Position numbers and translations under genes: made by a program. Positions 17,323 through 25,445 of a DNA stretch of 32,000 bases are shown here, piece after piece. The number at the start of each line of letters is the position of its first letter. Position 1 is the first letter of the stretch. The notes under the pieces were generated by a model, which worked only from the letters and a program-made list of their open reading frames with translations, did no database searches and was not told where the DNA came from. This DNA comes from Salmonella phage SE1Kor. The stretch lies in sequence record KY926791.1. One strand, written 5' to 3'.

Positions 17323-18147
17323 ATGGCTAAAGAGAAAACTCCAGAGCAACTGGAAGCAGAAGAAGCAGCAAAGAAAGCAGCAAAAGAAGCTGAAGCAAAG
17401 AAAAAACGTGAAGCTGAAGAAAAAGCAGCACGTGAATTGCAGGCTAAAGTTGACGCCGCAATGAACGAAGCCACTGCCGGTTACAATGTGATCGAAGGTG
17501 CTGTGTCCGCTGTTAAAGAACAGTTCGACACTCTGCACGAAGGTTCGTTGCTGGACGAAGTTAAAGCAGTTGAAGGGGTAGTTACCGCTCAACTGAAGAC
17601 CGCTAAAGAAGGTCTGAAAGCTGTTAAAGCAGCAGCACGTAAAGTTAAAGATAACGATCAACTGAAAACTGCCGTTGCAGCATCTGAAGATCTGGTTTCC
17701 GGTGTTGAAGCCACTCTGAAAGATGTTAAAGGCCGTGTATCCGCTGCCCGCGAAGCCACTAAAGCCGCTGAAAAAGCGAAACGTGACGCTGAACGCGCTG
17801 AGAAGAAACGTCTGCAGGACGAAGAGCGCGCTCGTAAAGCAGCAGAACGCGAAGCTAAGAAAGAGCCGGAACAGAACGGTATTCGTAAGCCTGGTGTTGG
17901 TACTCTGTGCCGTGCTGCATGGGACATTTTTGATGCTGTCACCCTGGAGCTGGGTCAGACTGCACCGATCAGCTACGTTCTGCCGGTTGCACTGGACAAA
18001 GGCCTGAACGAAGCGAACGTCAAAGCGGAATACGCTCGCTGGAAGAAATATATGGGCATTACTGGTCGCGTATCAGTTCCAGTACCTGCTAATATTGCAC
18101 AGGCGGCCGCTAACGTAGAAATTCCGTCTCAGAAATCTGCAGAGTAA
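17323..18147 (+). CDS. Ala/Glu/Lys-rich coiled-coil protein
   Basis: EAEEAAKKAAKEAEAKKKREAEEKAARELQAK... plus second charged segment, followed by a compact C-terminal region; own promoter and terminator. Confidence 0.65.
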   Translation: MAKEKTPEQLEAEEAAKKAAKEAEAKKKREAEEKAARELQAKVDAAMNEATAGYNVIEGAVSAVKEQFDTLHEGSLLDEVKAVEGVVTAQLKTAKEGLKAVKAAARKVKDNDQLKTAVAASEDLVSGVEATLKDVKGRVSAAREATKAAEKAKRDAERAEKKRLQDEERARKAAEREAKKEPEQNGIRKPGVGTLCRAAWDIFDAVTLELGQTAPISYVLPVALDKGLNEANVKAEYARWKKYMGITGRVSVPVPANIAQAAANVEIPSQKSAE

Positions 18148-18171
18148 TCTGTAGACACTTCGGAAACTCAG

Positions 18172-18195
18172 AAGGGGCATTTACTGCCCCTTTGT
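18172..18195 (+). terminator. Rho-independent terminator
   Basis: AAGGGGCA-TTTAC-TGCCCCTT followed by TGTT. Confidence 0.75.
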
Positions 18196-18215
18196 TATCT
18201 TACCCCGAGGTTCAA

Positions 18216-18980
18216 ATGTTTGCACAAGCCATTATCGCCCACCACTGGGCTCAAGCCAAATTTGGAAATCATATGAAAATTATTAATACTCAGGAACCTG
18301 AGAAGTTAGTTCGTGAACGTGGTATTCTTGACGTGCATTCCATTTTTCATACCATTCAAGGCGAAGGCCCGTTTTGTGGTCAACCTGCCGTGTTTGTTCG
18401 TTTAGCTGGTTGTAATCTGCAATGCCCAGGATGCGATACAAACTATACGTCCAACCGTAAGAAGATGAATCACGGTGACATCTGGCAAGAGATTGTCCGT
18501 GTTACTGATGAAGCCAAGACTAACTTAGTTGTCATTACTGGCGGCGAACCTTTCCGTCAACCTGAAGTTGCTAATTTTATCAATTACCTTATCGATATGA
18601 AAGGTTATCGCGTACAGGTTGAAACTAACGGAACTATGCCTATCCCGCGTGAACTCAACTATAACTGTGTGGTAGTATGTAGTCCTAAGGCAGCAAAGAT
18701 TCACCCTAGCGTTTCTGCTCGAGCGGATGCTTTCAAATATGTAATGAAAAGCGGAAACGTCAACGAAGAAGATGGATTACCGTTGCAGGCACTGGATCAC
18801 CGTGCAACACCCTTTATCGCACGTCCACCTGTACACTTTAAAGGTAAGATCTATCTTCAACCTATGGATGAACAGGACGACGATGCTAATAAAGCAAACG
18901 CTCAGGCTGTCGTTAAATATGCAATGAAGCACAATTACATCGTGCAATTGCAGATTCATAAATATTTAGGTGTAGAGTGA
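18216..18980 (+). CDS. queE: 7-carboxy-7-deazaguanine synthase (radical SAM)
   Basis: FHTIQGEGPFCGQPAVFVRLAGCNLQCPGCDTNY, VVITGGEP, QVETNGT; ATG at 18216 with CGAGG upstream. Confidence 0.9.
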   Translation: MFAQAIIAHHWAQAKFGNHMKIINTQEPEKLVRERGILDVHSIFHTIQGEGPFCGQPAVFVRLAGCNLQCPGCDTNYTSNRKKMNHGDIWQEIVRVTDEAKTNLVVITGGEPFRQPEVANFINYLIDMKGYRVQVETNGTMPIPRELNYNCVVVCSPKAAKIHPSVSARADAFKYVMKSGNVNEEDGLPLQALDHRATPFIARPPVHFKGKIYLQPMDEQDDDANKANAQAVVKYAMKHNYIVQLQIHKYLGVE

Positions 18981-19043
18981 AGTTATACATACTCACGCAC
19001 ACGCTAGAAGACATGGTGTGTTCAACTAATAAGGTAGGTTATT

Positions 19044-19799
19044 ATGAATAAGTATGTTCAGTTACTCGGTGAAATCGTTCCAGAAAATGTGTTGAACCAG
19101 TGTCTGTTTGATGAAGACGGATTTGTAAAACATTATGTAACCACAGTTTCTCAGGCTGCGTCCCATGCAGCTCTTGCATCTGTGATTCGAGAAGGGTATA
19201 TGGTGGATGTTCTGAACGATAGTTGCCCTGCACTCACTGTCTTTGTTGAAGGTATGGATGGACACGATCTTATGAACTTAAAGACGGTCTACAACACGCA
19301 TGTAACGCCTCCACGTAATGCACTTTACAAATGGCGTATCAATACTTCTGCCAGAAGAAGTCAGAAAGCAGAAGAGGAAGTGAATACCGTGAAGCATACA
19401 ACGTCTACTCAGAAATTAACCAGTATCATGGACGATCTACTTACGAATGTCTTTAACGTTGATCGTGACAAAGAAGGTAATCCTGAAGTATCCATTAAAG
19501 AAACGTTTATCGACAAGGGTTGCATTCAGGAGATTAAAGCTCCACGTCCAAATAAATATATGCGCAAAATTAAAACTTTTGAATCCCATGACATTAATGG
19601 TAGCCCAATTGAAATTGATGTATGGGTTGACGTGTACGACGTAATTAAAGCATTCAATGTAACCAGTGGGCCCATGCAACATGCGCTGAAGAAAGTGCTG
19701 TGTGCGGGTGAGCGCGGTCATAAAGACTTACTGGAAGACCTCAACGATATTATTGCATCCGTTGAGCGTGAAATTGAAATGGTTAAGGAAGGTAAATAA
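19044..19799 (+). CDS. Uncharacterised protein inside the 7-deazaguanine cluster; C-terminus vaguely DUF3310-like
   Basis: 251-aa ORF; C-terminal DVYDVIKAFNVTSGPMQHALKKVLCAGERGHKDLLEDLNDIIASVEREIE; TAA ends 19799, gat-queC ATG at 19801. Confidence 0.6.
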   Translation: MNKYVQLLGEIVPENVLNQCLFDEDGFVKHYVTTVSQAASHAALASVIREGYMVDVLNDSCPALTVFVEGMDGHDLMNLKTVYNTHVTPPRNALYKWRINTSARRSQKAEEEVNTVKHTTSTQKLTSIMDDLLTNVFNVDRDKEGNPEVSIKETFIDKGCIQEIKAPRPNKYMRKIKTFESHDINGSPIEIDVWVDVYDVIKAFNVTSGPMQHALKKVLCAGERGHKDLLEDLNDIIASVEREIEMVKEGK

Positions 19800-19800
19800 T

Positions 19801-21216
19801 ATGTGCTCTATCTTTGGTGTTATTACTAACGGTCAACTTGAAAGTCTTATTATCCGTAACGACATTGAGGATCTTATTAAAGCTAGTATCAACCGTGGTC
19901 GTGATGGTCTTGGTGTACGCTTTACGCATGGTGACCACAGTATGCACCCGCAACGTATTGTTAGTGTCGGTAAGAAAACATCGCTGGAACGTCTTGTTAA
20001 AGTCGGGCGCATTGTATCTCATGCTGGAGCTATTGGTAGCTTTACAATGATTGGTAACGCTCGCGCTGAACCGACTACAGAGTGGGTCGTTGACAAGAAT
20101 GAGTGGGACCAGCAACCGTATCATATGGATGGTTGGACTATTGTTCATAACGGTACTATTGCGAACGATAAAGACCTTCGTACCTATGCACTACAGACTA
20201 AGATCGATAGTGCTGCGATTGTTGAACAGTTAGCAGAATGTACACTTTCAGCAGATGAAATGTGTTTGTCTGACTTTAATTACCTGTACAGTGTGTTTCA
20301 TGAAGTTGTTCGCAAATTAAAAGGTAGCTTCGCAATCCTTGCGACACATGATTCCTTTCCGGGATGTGTGTTTACAGCATGTAATTATCGTCCAATTTGG
20401 ATTGGTAAGACTGATACTGGTATGTATTTCGCCAGCCAGGAAGACATGTTACCAACCCGCGCTATTAAGCAAATGCTGAAGCCTTATTCATGTAATGTGG
20501 TCACATCGACTGATGTAGGCAATGAAGTCGATCTTATTCCAAATAAGCAAACTCAACGCGCGTTAGTTGTCGCCAGTGGTGGTATGGACAGCACAGTAGC
20601 AGCTCAGATGTGTAAGTCCAATGGTTTAGATGTCACTTTAATTAACTTCCAGTATGGTTGTCGTGCAGAAACTAACGAGTTGAAGGCTATTCGTAAAATT
20701 GCGGAAGTGATGGAAGTCCCATTAGTTGAATTCCCAATCCCAATTTACGATAAAAAAGATAGCCCGTTATTTGACCAAGATGCTGCAATTGCTGGCGGTG
20801 AAGAAGGCGCTGAGTTCGCGCATGAATGGGTTCCAGCTCGTAACCTTGTAATGCTTTCTGTTGCTACTGCATACGCAGAAGCTAACGGTTTTGACTATAT
20901 TGTTCTTGGTAACAATTTAGAAGAAGCTGGGGCCTACCCCGATAATGAGCCTGAGTTCATTAACCGCTTTAATCAGGTGTTACCGTTCGCTGTAGGGGAC
21001 GGTAAGCGCGTTGAAGTGCTCATGCCAGTAGGTAACTTAATGAAGCACGAAATTGTCGCTACAGGTCTGCGTTTAGGGGCCCCGTTGGAGCACACCTGGA
21101 GCTGTTACCGTAACGGGGATTTGCATTGTGGTACTTGTGGCCCTTGCATGATGCGTCGGACTGCGTTTAATATTAATAACGCACAAGAAGTTATTAAATA
21201 CGAAAGCGAGGAATAA
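19801..21216 (+). CDS. gat-queC: Gat-QueC: class II glutamine amidotransferase domain fused to QueC-like domain
   Basis: MCSIFGV (Cys2 nucleophile), INRGRDGLGVR, TIVHNGTIAN; then ALVVASGGMDSTVAAQM (PP-loop) and CYRNGDLHCGTCGPCMMRR zinc site. Confidence 0.92.
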   Translation: MCSIFGVITNGQLESLIIRNDIEDLIKASINRGRDGLGVRFTHGDHSMHPQRIVSVGKKTSLERLVKVGRIVSHAGAIGSFTMIGNARAEPTTEWVVDKNEWDQQPYHMDGWTIVHNGTIANDKDLRTYALQTKIDSAAIVEQLAECTLSADEMCLSDFNYLYSVFHEVVRKLKGSFAILATHDSFPGCVFTACNYRPIWIGKTDTGMYFASQEDMLPTRAIKQMLKPYSCNVVTSTDVGNEVDLIPNKQTQRALVVASGGMDSTVAAQMCKSNGLDVTLINFQYGCRAETNELKAIRKIAEVMEVPLVEFPIPIYDKKDSPLFDQDAAIAGGEEGAEFAHEWVPARNLVMLSVATAYAEANGFDYIVLGNNLEEAGAYPDNEPEFINRFNQVLPFAVGDGKRVEVLMPVGNLMKHEIVATGLRLGAPLEHTWSCYRNGDLHCGTCGPCMMRRTAFNINNAQEVIKYESEE

Positions 21217-21217
21217 A

Positions 21218-21751
21218 ATGGGTTACACTGTTATTCGTTCACATGAGATTTGCGCTGGGCATCGTGTTGTAGGGCATGAAAGTAAGTGTCGTCACCTTCA
21301 CGGTCACAACTATAAGTTCCATTTTAAAGTTGCACCGAAGAAAACATTGTCGGAAGGTTACGTCAAGTCTGTGAGTGGATTTGCTCTGAATGGTTCGCTG
21401 GATGATGTAGGTCGCGTTATTGACTTTAGTGTGGTTAAAACTACGCTTTGCCAGTGGTTGGAAGATAATTGGGATCATAAGTTCCTGCATTGGGAACATG
21501 ATAGTGTAATTAATTCGCTTATTGTTGTTGCATCAACTGAGTTCGCACGTGAAAATAATTTAGTAAAGGATGAAGATTACGATCCTTTCGTTGATTCACT
21601 GGTAGCTCTACCGTTCAACCCAACTGCGGAAAACTTAGCTGCATATATGGTTGACGTAATCGGCCCACAACTTCTTGACGAGTATGGTGTTGAACTGGTA
21701 GAATGCACCATTGAAGAAACGTCCAAATGCCATGTCAACTATTGCAAATGA
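21218..21751 (+). CDS. queD: 6-carboxytetrahydropterin synthase (QueD)
   Basis: HEICAGHRVVGHESKCRHLHGHNYKF zinc/catalytic motif; LEHDSVIN; VECTIEET. Confidence 0.88.
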   Translation: MGYTVIRSHEICAGHRVVGHESKCRHLHGHNYKFHFKVAPKKTLSEGYVKSVSGFALNGSLDDVGRVIDFSVVKTTLCQWLEDNWDHKFLHWEHDSVINSLIVVASTEFARENNLVKDEDYDPFVDSLVALPFNPTAENLAAYMVDVIGPQLLDEYGVELVECTIEETSKCHVNYCK

Positions 21752-21777
21752 TTGACCACACAAGGAAACTGTAAACC

Positions 21778-22377
21778 ATGAATAAATTTGTTATTGCGCA
21801 ACACATTGAAAATATCCTTCGTCAGATTGAAGAAAATGATTTTGGTGCTCTTCGCCCAGGGTTAGAAGAAACTCCTGAACGTGTTGCTAAAGCATTTGAG
21901 ACGTGGTTCGGTGGTTACAATACTGATATTGCATCTCTGTTCAAGACCTTTGAAGATGGTGGGGAAAACTGTAATGAAATGGTCATCGTCCGTGATATTC
22001 CAGTTTATAGCCATTGTGAGCATCATATGGCTCCCATTATCGGTCGTGCTGTTGTGGGATATGTACCAAATGGGAAAATTGTTGGGCTTTCTAAACTGTC
22101 TCGCGTCGTAGATGCGTTCGCTCGACGTTTGCAAGTCCAGGAGCGTTTAACTAACCAGATTGCGGATGCTATCGTAGAACACTTAGACCCGAAAGCTGTG
22201 TGTGTTTACATCGATGCAAAACATATGTGCATGGAGTCGCGCGGTGTTAAACAGGTATGCGGCAGCTCAACCATCACTAAGGCATTCCGCGGGCGTACTG
22301 CATTGGGCGATGGTGTATTACCGGACGTAACTGGTGACACATGGCGTCGGGAATTTCTTGAAGCGTGTAAAAAGTAA
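21778..22377 (+). CDS. folE: GTP cyclohydrolase I
   Basis: YSHCEHHMAPIIGRAVVGYVPNGKIVGLSKLSRVVDAFARRLQVQERLTNQIADAI and AKHMCMESRGVKQ. Confidence 0.95.
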   Translation: MNKFVIAQHIENILRQIEENDFGALRPGLEETPERVAKAFETWFGGYNTDIASLFKTFEDGGENCNEMVIVRDIPVYSHCEHHMAPIIGRAVVGYVPNGKIVGLSKLSRVVDAFARRLQVQERLTNQIADAIVEHLDPKAVCVYIDAKHMCMESRGVKQVCGSSTITKAFRGRTALGDGVLPDVTGDTWRREFLEACKK

Positions 22378-22409
22378 CTGATTTGCGAATCATACATTAT
22401 CTTTAATAT

Positions 22410-22437
22410 AATAAGCGCCTACGGGCGCTTATTTGTT
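22410..22437 (+). terminator. Rho-independent-type hairpin between folE and the HNH gene
   Basis: AATAAGCGCC-TACG-GGCGCTTATT followed by TGTT. Confidence 0.65.
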
Positions 22438-22446
22438 AGGTGAACA

Positions 22447-22935
22447 ATGCACATTATATCTAGAAAACAAGCTATAGAGAAGGGGCTAAAACGTTATTAT
22501 ACTGGTAAACCTTGTAAGAGAGGTCATATAGCAGAAAGACATGTCACTGGTGGATGTGTAGTTTGTGCTAACGAAGACCAGATTAAATATTATCAACAAA
22601 ATCCTGAAAAATACAGGAGAGCTAACAGAGATTATTTTCAAAGACCAGATGTTAAAGAGAGAAATAGAATTAGACAATCTCAATTCTATGAAGATAATAA
22701 ACATTTATGTAGAAGTATATCGTCCTATTGTAGAGCACAACGTTTATTAAGAGTTCCAGCATGGTCAGAGAAAGAAGAGATTAAACAATTCTACGAAAAT
22801 TGCCCAGATGGGTATGAAGTGGATCATATAATACCTCTACTTGGCGAGTTGGTAAGTGGACTTCATGTAATGTGTAATTTACAGTATTTACCAAAGCACG
22901 AGAACAGATCGAAAGGAAATAAGTTCGATGTATAG
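22447..22935 (+). CDS. HNH endonuclease (free-standing, homing-type)
   Basis: GKPCKRGHIAERHVTGGCVVCAN zinc knuckle; DGYEVDHIIPLLGELVSGLHVMCNLQYLPKHENRSKGNK HNH core. Confidence 0.85.
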   Translation: MHIISRKQAIEKGLKRYYTGKPCKRGHIAERHVTGGCVVCANEDQIKYYQQNPEKYRRANRDYFQRPDVKERNRIRQSQFYEDNKHLCRSISSYCRAQRLLRVPAWSEKEEIKQFYENCPDGYEVDHIIPLLGELVSGLHVMCNLQYLPKHENRSKGNKFDV

Positions 22936-23881
22936 AGAAGATATAGATTATACATTCAATTTATATTTAGCGGCTGTATACACAAACAGTTATAAACCTG
23001 GAATGAATCGCTTTGTAAAATTGACACCACATGAACAAAAACTTGTCATGGGAGTTCCTAATATATTGGAGTCCTACCATTACGTTGGAAAGCAATCCTA
23101 TGTTGATGCCATGCGTGCCGATGGGGCCAAGATATTCCTCGACTCCGGGGCGTTCTCAGCTTACACTTTGGGAGTTACGTTATCAGTTAAAGAATACTGT
23201 GATTACATCCAACGAAACATAGATATCATCCGTGTAGAAGACGGTTCACTTATGGCGTCCGTACTCGATGGTATTGGAGATCCACTTCAGACGTGGCGCA
23301 ACCAGGAAGAGATGGAAGCCAGAGGTGTAAGACCTTTACCATGCTTCCACGCTGGCGAACCTTTTGAATACCTGGACCATTATGTGCGAAACTATGAGTA
23401 TATCACGCTCGGTGGTCTTGTTGGAGCGAGTACGCAACAACTTCAGGTATGGTTGGACAGGGTATGGGATAAGCACCTTGTGGATGGTAGTGGGCGAGCT
23501 AAGATCAAAGTCCATGGCTTTGGTATTACGTCCCGCCCACTTATGGAGCGTTACCCGTGGTACTCCTGTGACTCGTCCTCCTGGATTCAATCTGCCGCGT
23601 TTGGTGCTATTGAAACTCCTAAGTGGGGTCCAATGCAGGTATCCGAAAAGTCACCGTCACGCCACTATCAAGGGCAACATATCTGTAATCTTTCAGAAAT
23701 AGAACAGAATAACGTTCTACGCTACTTAGAGGAGTCAGGTTTCACATACGAACGACTTTCAACGATATACGAATCACGCGCTGCATACAATTTATGGGCG
23801 TATGGTGTGGTCAACGCTATGATTCTTGCTAACCACAATGGGAAGTTCAACGAACGTCTCCAGGATTTATTTGACGAGTAA
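22928..23881 (+). CDS. dpdA: DpdA-like DNA guanine transglycosylase (TGT superfamily)
   Basis: IFLDSGAFSAYTLG, VLDGIGDPLQTWRN, LPCFHAGEP, YITLGGLVGA, KVHGFGITS: TGT-type barrel motifs, adjacent to preQ0 synthesis genes. Confidence 0.82.
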   Translation: MYREDIDYTFNLYLAAVYTNSYKPGMNRFVKLTPHEQKLVMGVPNILESYHYVGKQSYVDAMRADGAKIFLDSGAFSAYTLGVTLSVKEYCDYIQRNIDIIRVEDGSLMASVLDGIGDPLQTWRNQEEMEARGVRPLPCFHAGEPFEYLDHYVRNYEYITLGGLVGASTQQLQVWLDRVWDKHLVDGSGRAKIKVHGFGITSRPLMERYPWYSCDSSSWIQSAAFGAIETPKWGPMQVSEKSPSRHYQGQHICNLSEIEQNNVLRYLEESGFTYERLSTIYESRAAYNLWAYGVVNAMILANHNGKFNERLQDLFDE

Positions 23882-23889
23882 GGTTACTT

Positions 23890-24882
23890 ATGGATTTACT
23901 TGATGCTTTAAAGTTTGTTCAGGGTTCTGTAGCTAAGAAAGAACTCCAGGAAGGTTTAACTCACTTCCGTATTGTTGACGGTACTGTTCGCGGGTTCAAC
24001 GGAACTATTTCATTGTGTAGCCCAGTACCTTTGAACATTGACTGTACACCGAAAGCTGAACCGATGCTCAAGGCTATTGCAGCATGTGACGAAGCTGTAC
24101 AGATGACAATGTTAGCGAACGGTAAGTTGAGCATTAAGTCTGGTGGCTTTAAGGTTAGTGTAGATACTCTTCAGAAACCAACTGCACACGTAGAGCCAGA
24201 AGGAACAATTCACGAAATAGACGGTCAGCTTTTTCTCAACGGTTTAAGCCGCGTAACGCCGTTTATAAGCGACGATGCTTCCCGCCCGTGGTCTTGCGGC
24301 GTGCTGGTAAAACAGGGCAGCATGTACGCGACCAACAACGCTAGTATTATACAATATTGGTTCGGTGCTGTATTCCCTGTCGATTGTGTTGTGCCACGTA
24401 TGGCCATCAAAGAATTATTGCGTATTAAAAAGCCACCAGTAAGAATTCAATGTACAGATACCAGTATGACATTTCACTACGAAGACGGTTGCTGGTTGCG
24501 TACCCAATTGCTGGAATTAAAGTGGCCCAACATTGACAAGATAATTGAGCGTACAGAAAAGGGGTCTAACGTCTATACACTTGATACTGAACTTTTTAAC
24601 TGCTTAGAAAAGATAAAGCCGTTCTGTGAACGTGATGGGCGTATTTATATGGAAAATGGTGTTGTGCGTACCCATTACAACGAGCTGGACGGTGCTAGTG
24701 CAATGTTCCGTGAATCCAAGTCAATTGGTGTGTATAATATAGATCTTATTATGCAGTTGAAAGGGCTTGCAACGGATTGGGATGCTTCTCGTTTCAATGA
24801 AAAGGACGAAAGGGGTCTTTCAACTCCTATTATTTTTTATGGTGAAAATCTACGTGGGGTAATTGTAGGATTTCGTCTATGA
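23890..24882 (+). CDS. Sliding-clamp-like (DNA polymerase processivity) protein
   Basis: 330 aa, located directly upstream of the polymerase; C-terminal GENLRGVIVGFRL resembles clamp C-termini; assignment by pattern only. Confidence 0.45.
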   Translation: MDLLDALKFVQGSVAKKELQEGLTHFRIVDGTVRGFNGTISLCSPVPLNIDCTPKAEPMLKAIAACDEAVQMTMLANGKLSIKSGGFKVSVDTLQKPTAHVEPEGTIHEIDGQLFLNGLSRVTPFISDDASRPWSCGVLVKQGSMYATNNASIIQYWFGAVFPVDCVVPRMAIKELLRIKKPPVRIQCTDTSMTFHYEDGCWLRTQLLELKWPNIDKIIERTEKGSNVYTLDTELFNCLEKIKPFCERDGRIYMENGVVRTHYNELDGASAMFRESKSIGVYNIDLIMQLKGLATDWDASRFNEKDERGLSTPIIFYGENLRGVIVGFRL

Positions 24883-25445
24883 GAAAAGCATTACCGTTGC
24901 CGTCGTACACTTATCTTCATGAGTGCTTTGACTATAACGAAATTACTGGTGTCCTCACATGGAAAGTGAGGCCTTCACATCATTTTAAATCCGAAAGAGC
25001 TCGAAAGATTACAAATACACTATTTTCGGGAAAACAAGCTGGAAATGTTGTCGTATGTAGTGGTAAGAAATATTTACAAGTTACAATAGATGGGAAATTA
25101 TATCTCGTTCATAGAATTTGTTATAAAATGTATTATAACAAAGAACCAACTGTAATAGATCATGACGATGGAAATGGACTTCACAACTGGATATTAAACT
25201 TAAATGACGGTACAATGTCCGACAATATGAAAAACAGGAAGATGTTAGAATGTAATTCCACTGGTGTTACTGGTGTGAGTTTGACTAAATTAGGGATATG
25301 GAATGCACATATAATGGTTGGATATAAGGGCTATAATCTATATACAGGCCCTGATTTGTTTGAAGCCTGTTGTGCTAGAAAATCCGCTGAACTATTATAT
25401 GGTTTTAACAAAAATCACGGTAAAGAGAGAAATCTATGAGAAAAG
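24876..25445 (+). repeat. 13-bp direct repeat bracketing the second HNH gene
   Basis: TCTATGAGAAAAG at 24876-24888 and 25433-25445, 557 bp apart. Confidence 0.8.
24879..25439 (+). CDS. HNH/AP2-like homing endonuclease
   Basis: YLVHRICYKMYYNKEPTVIDHDDGNGLHNWILNLNDGTMSDNMKNRK plus C-terminal GVTGVSLTKLGIWNAHIMVGYKGYNLYTG (AP2-like). Confidence 0.82.
   Translation: MRKALPLPSYTYLHECFDYNEITGVLTWKVRPSHHFKSERARKITNTLFSGKQAGNVVVCSGKKYLQVTIDGKLYLVHRICYKMYYNKEPTVIDHDDGNGLHNWILNLNDGTMSDNMKNRKMLECNSTGVTGVSLTKLGIWNAHIMVGYKGYNLYTGPDLFEACCARKSAELLYGFNKNHGKERNL

Noticed and set aside
17227-17661. 144-aa minus-strand ORF rich in Phe/Cys
   Set aside because: Antisense of the GAA/AAG-rich coiled-coil gene and its promoter; compositional artefact.
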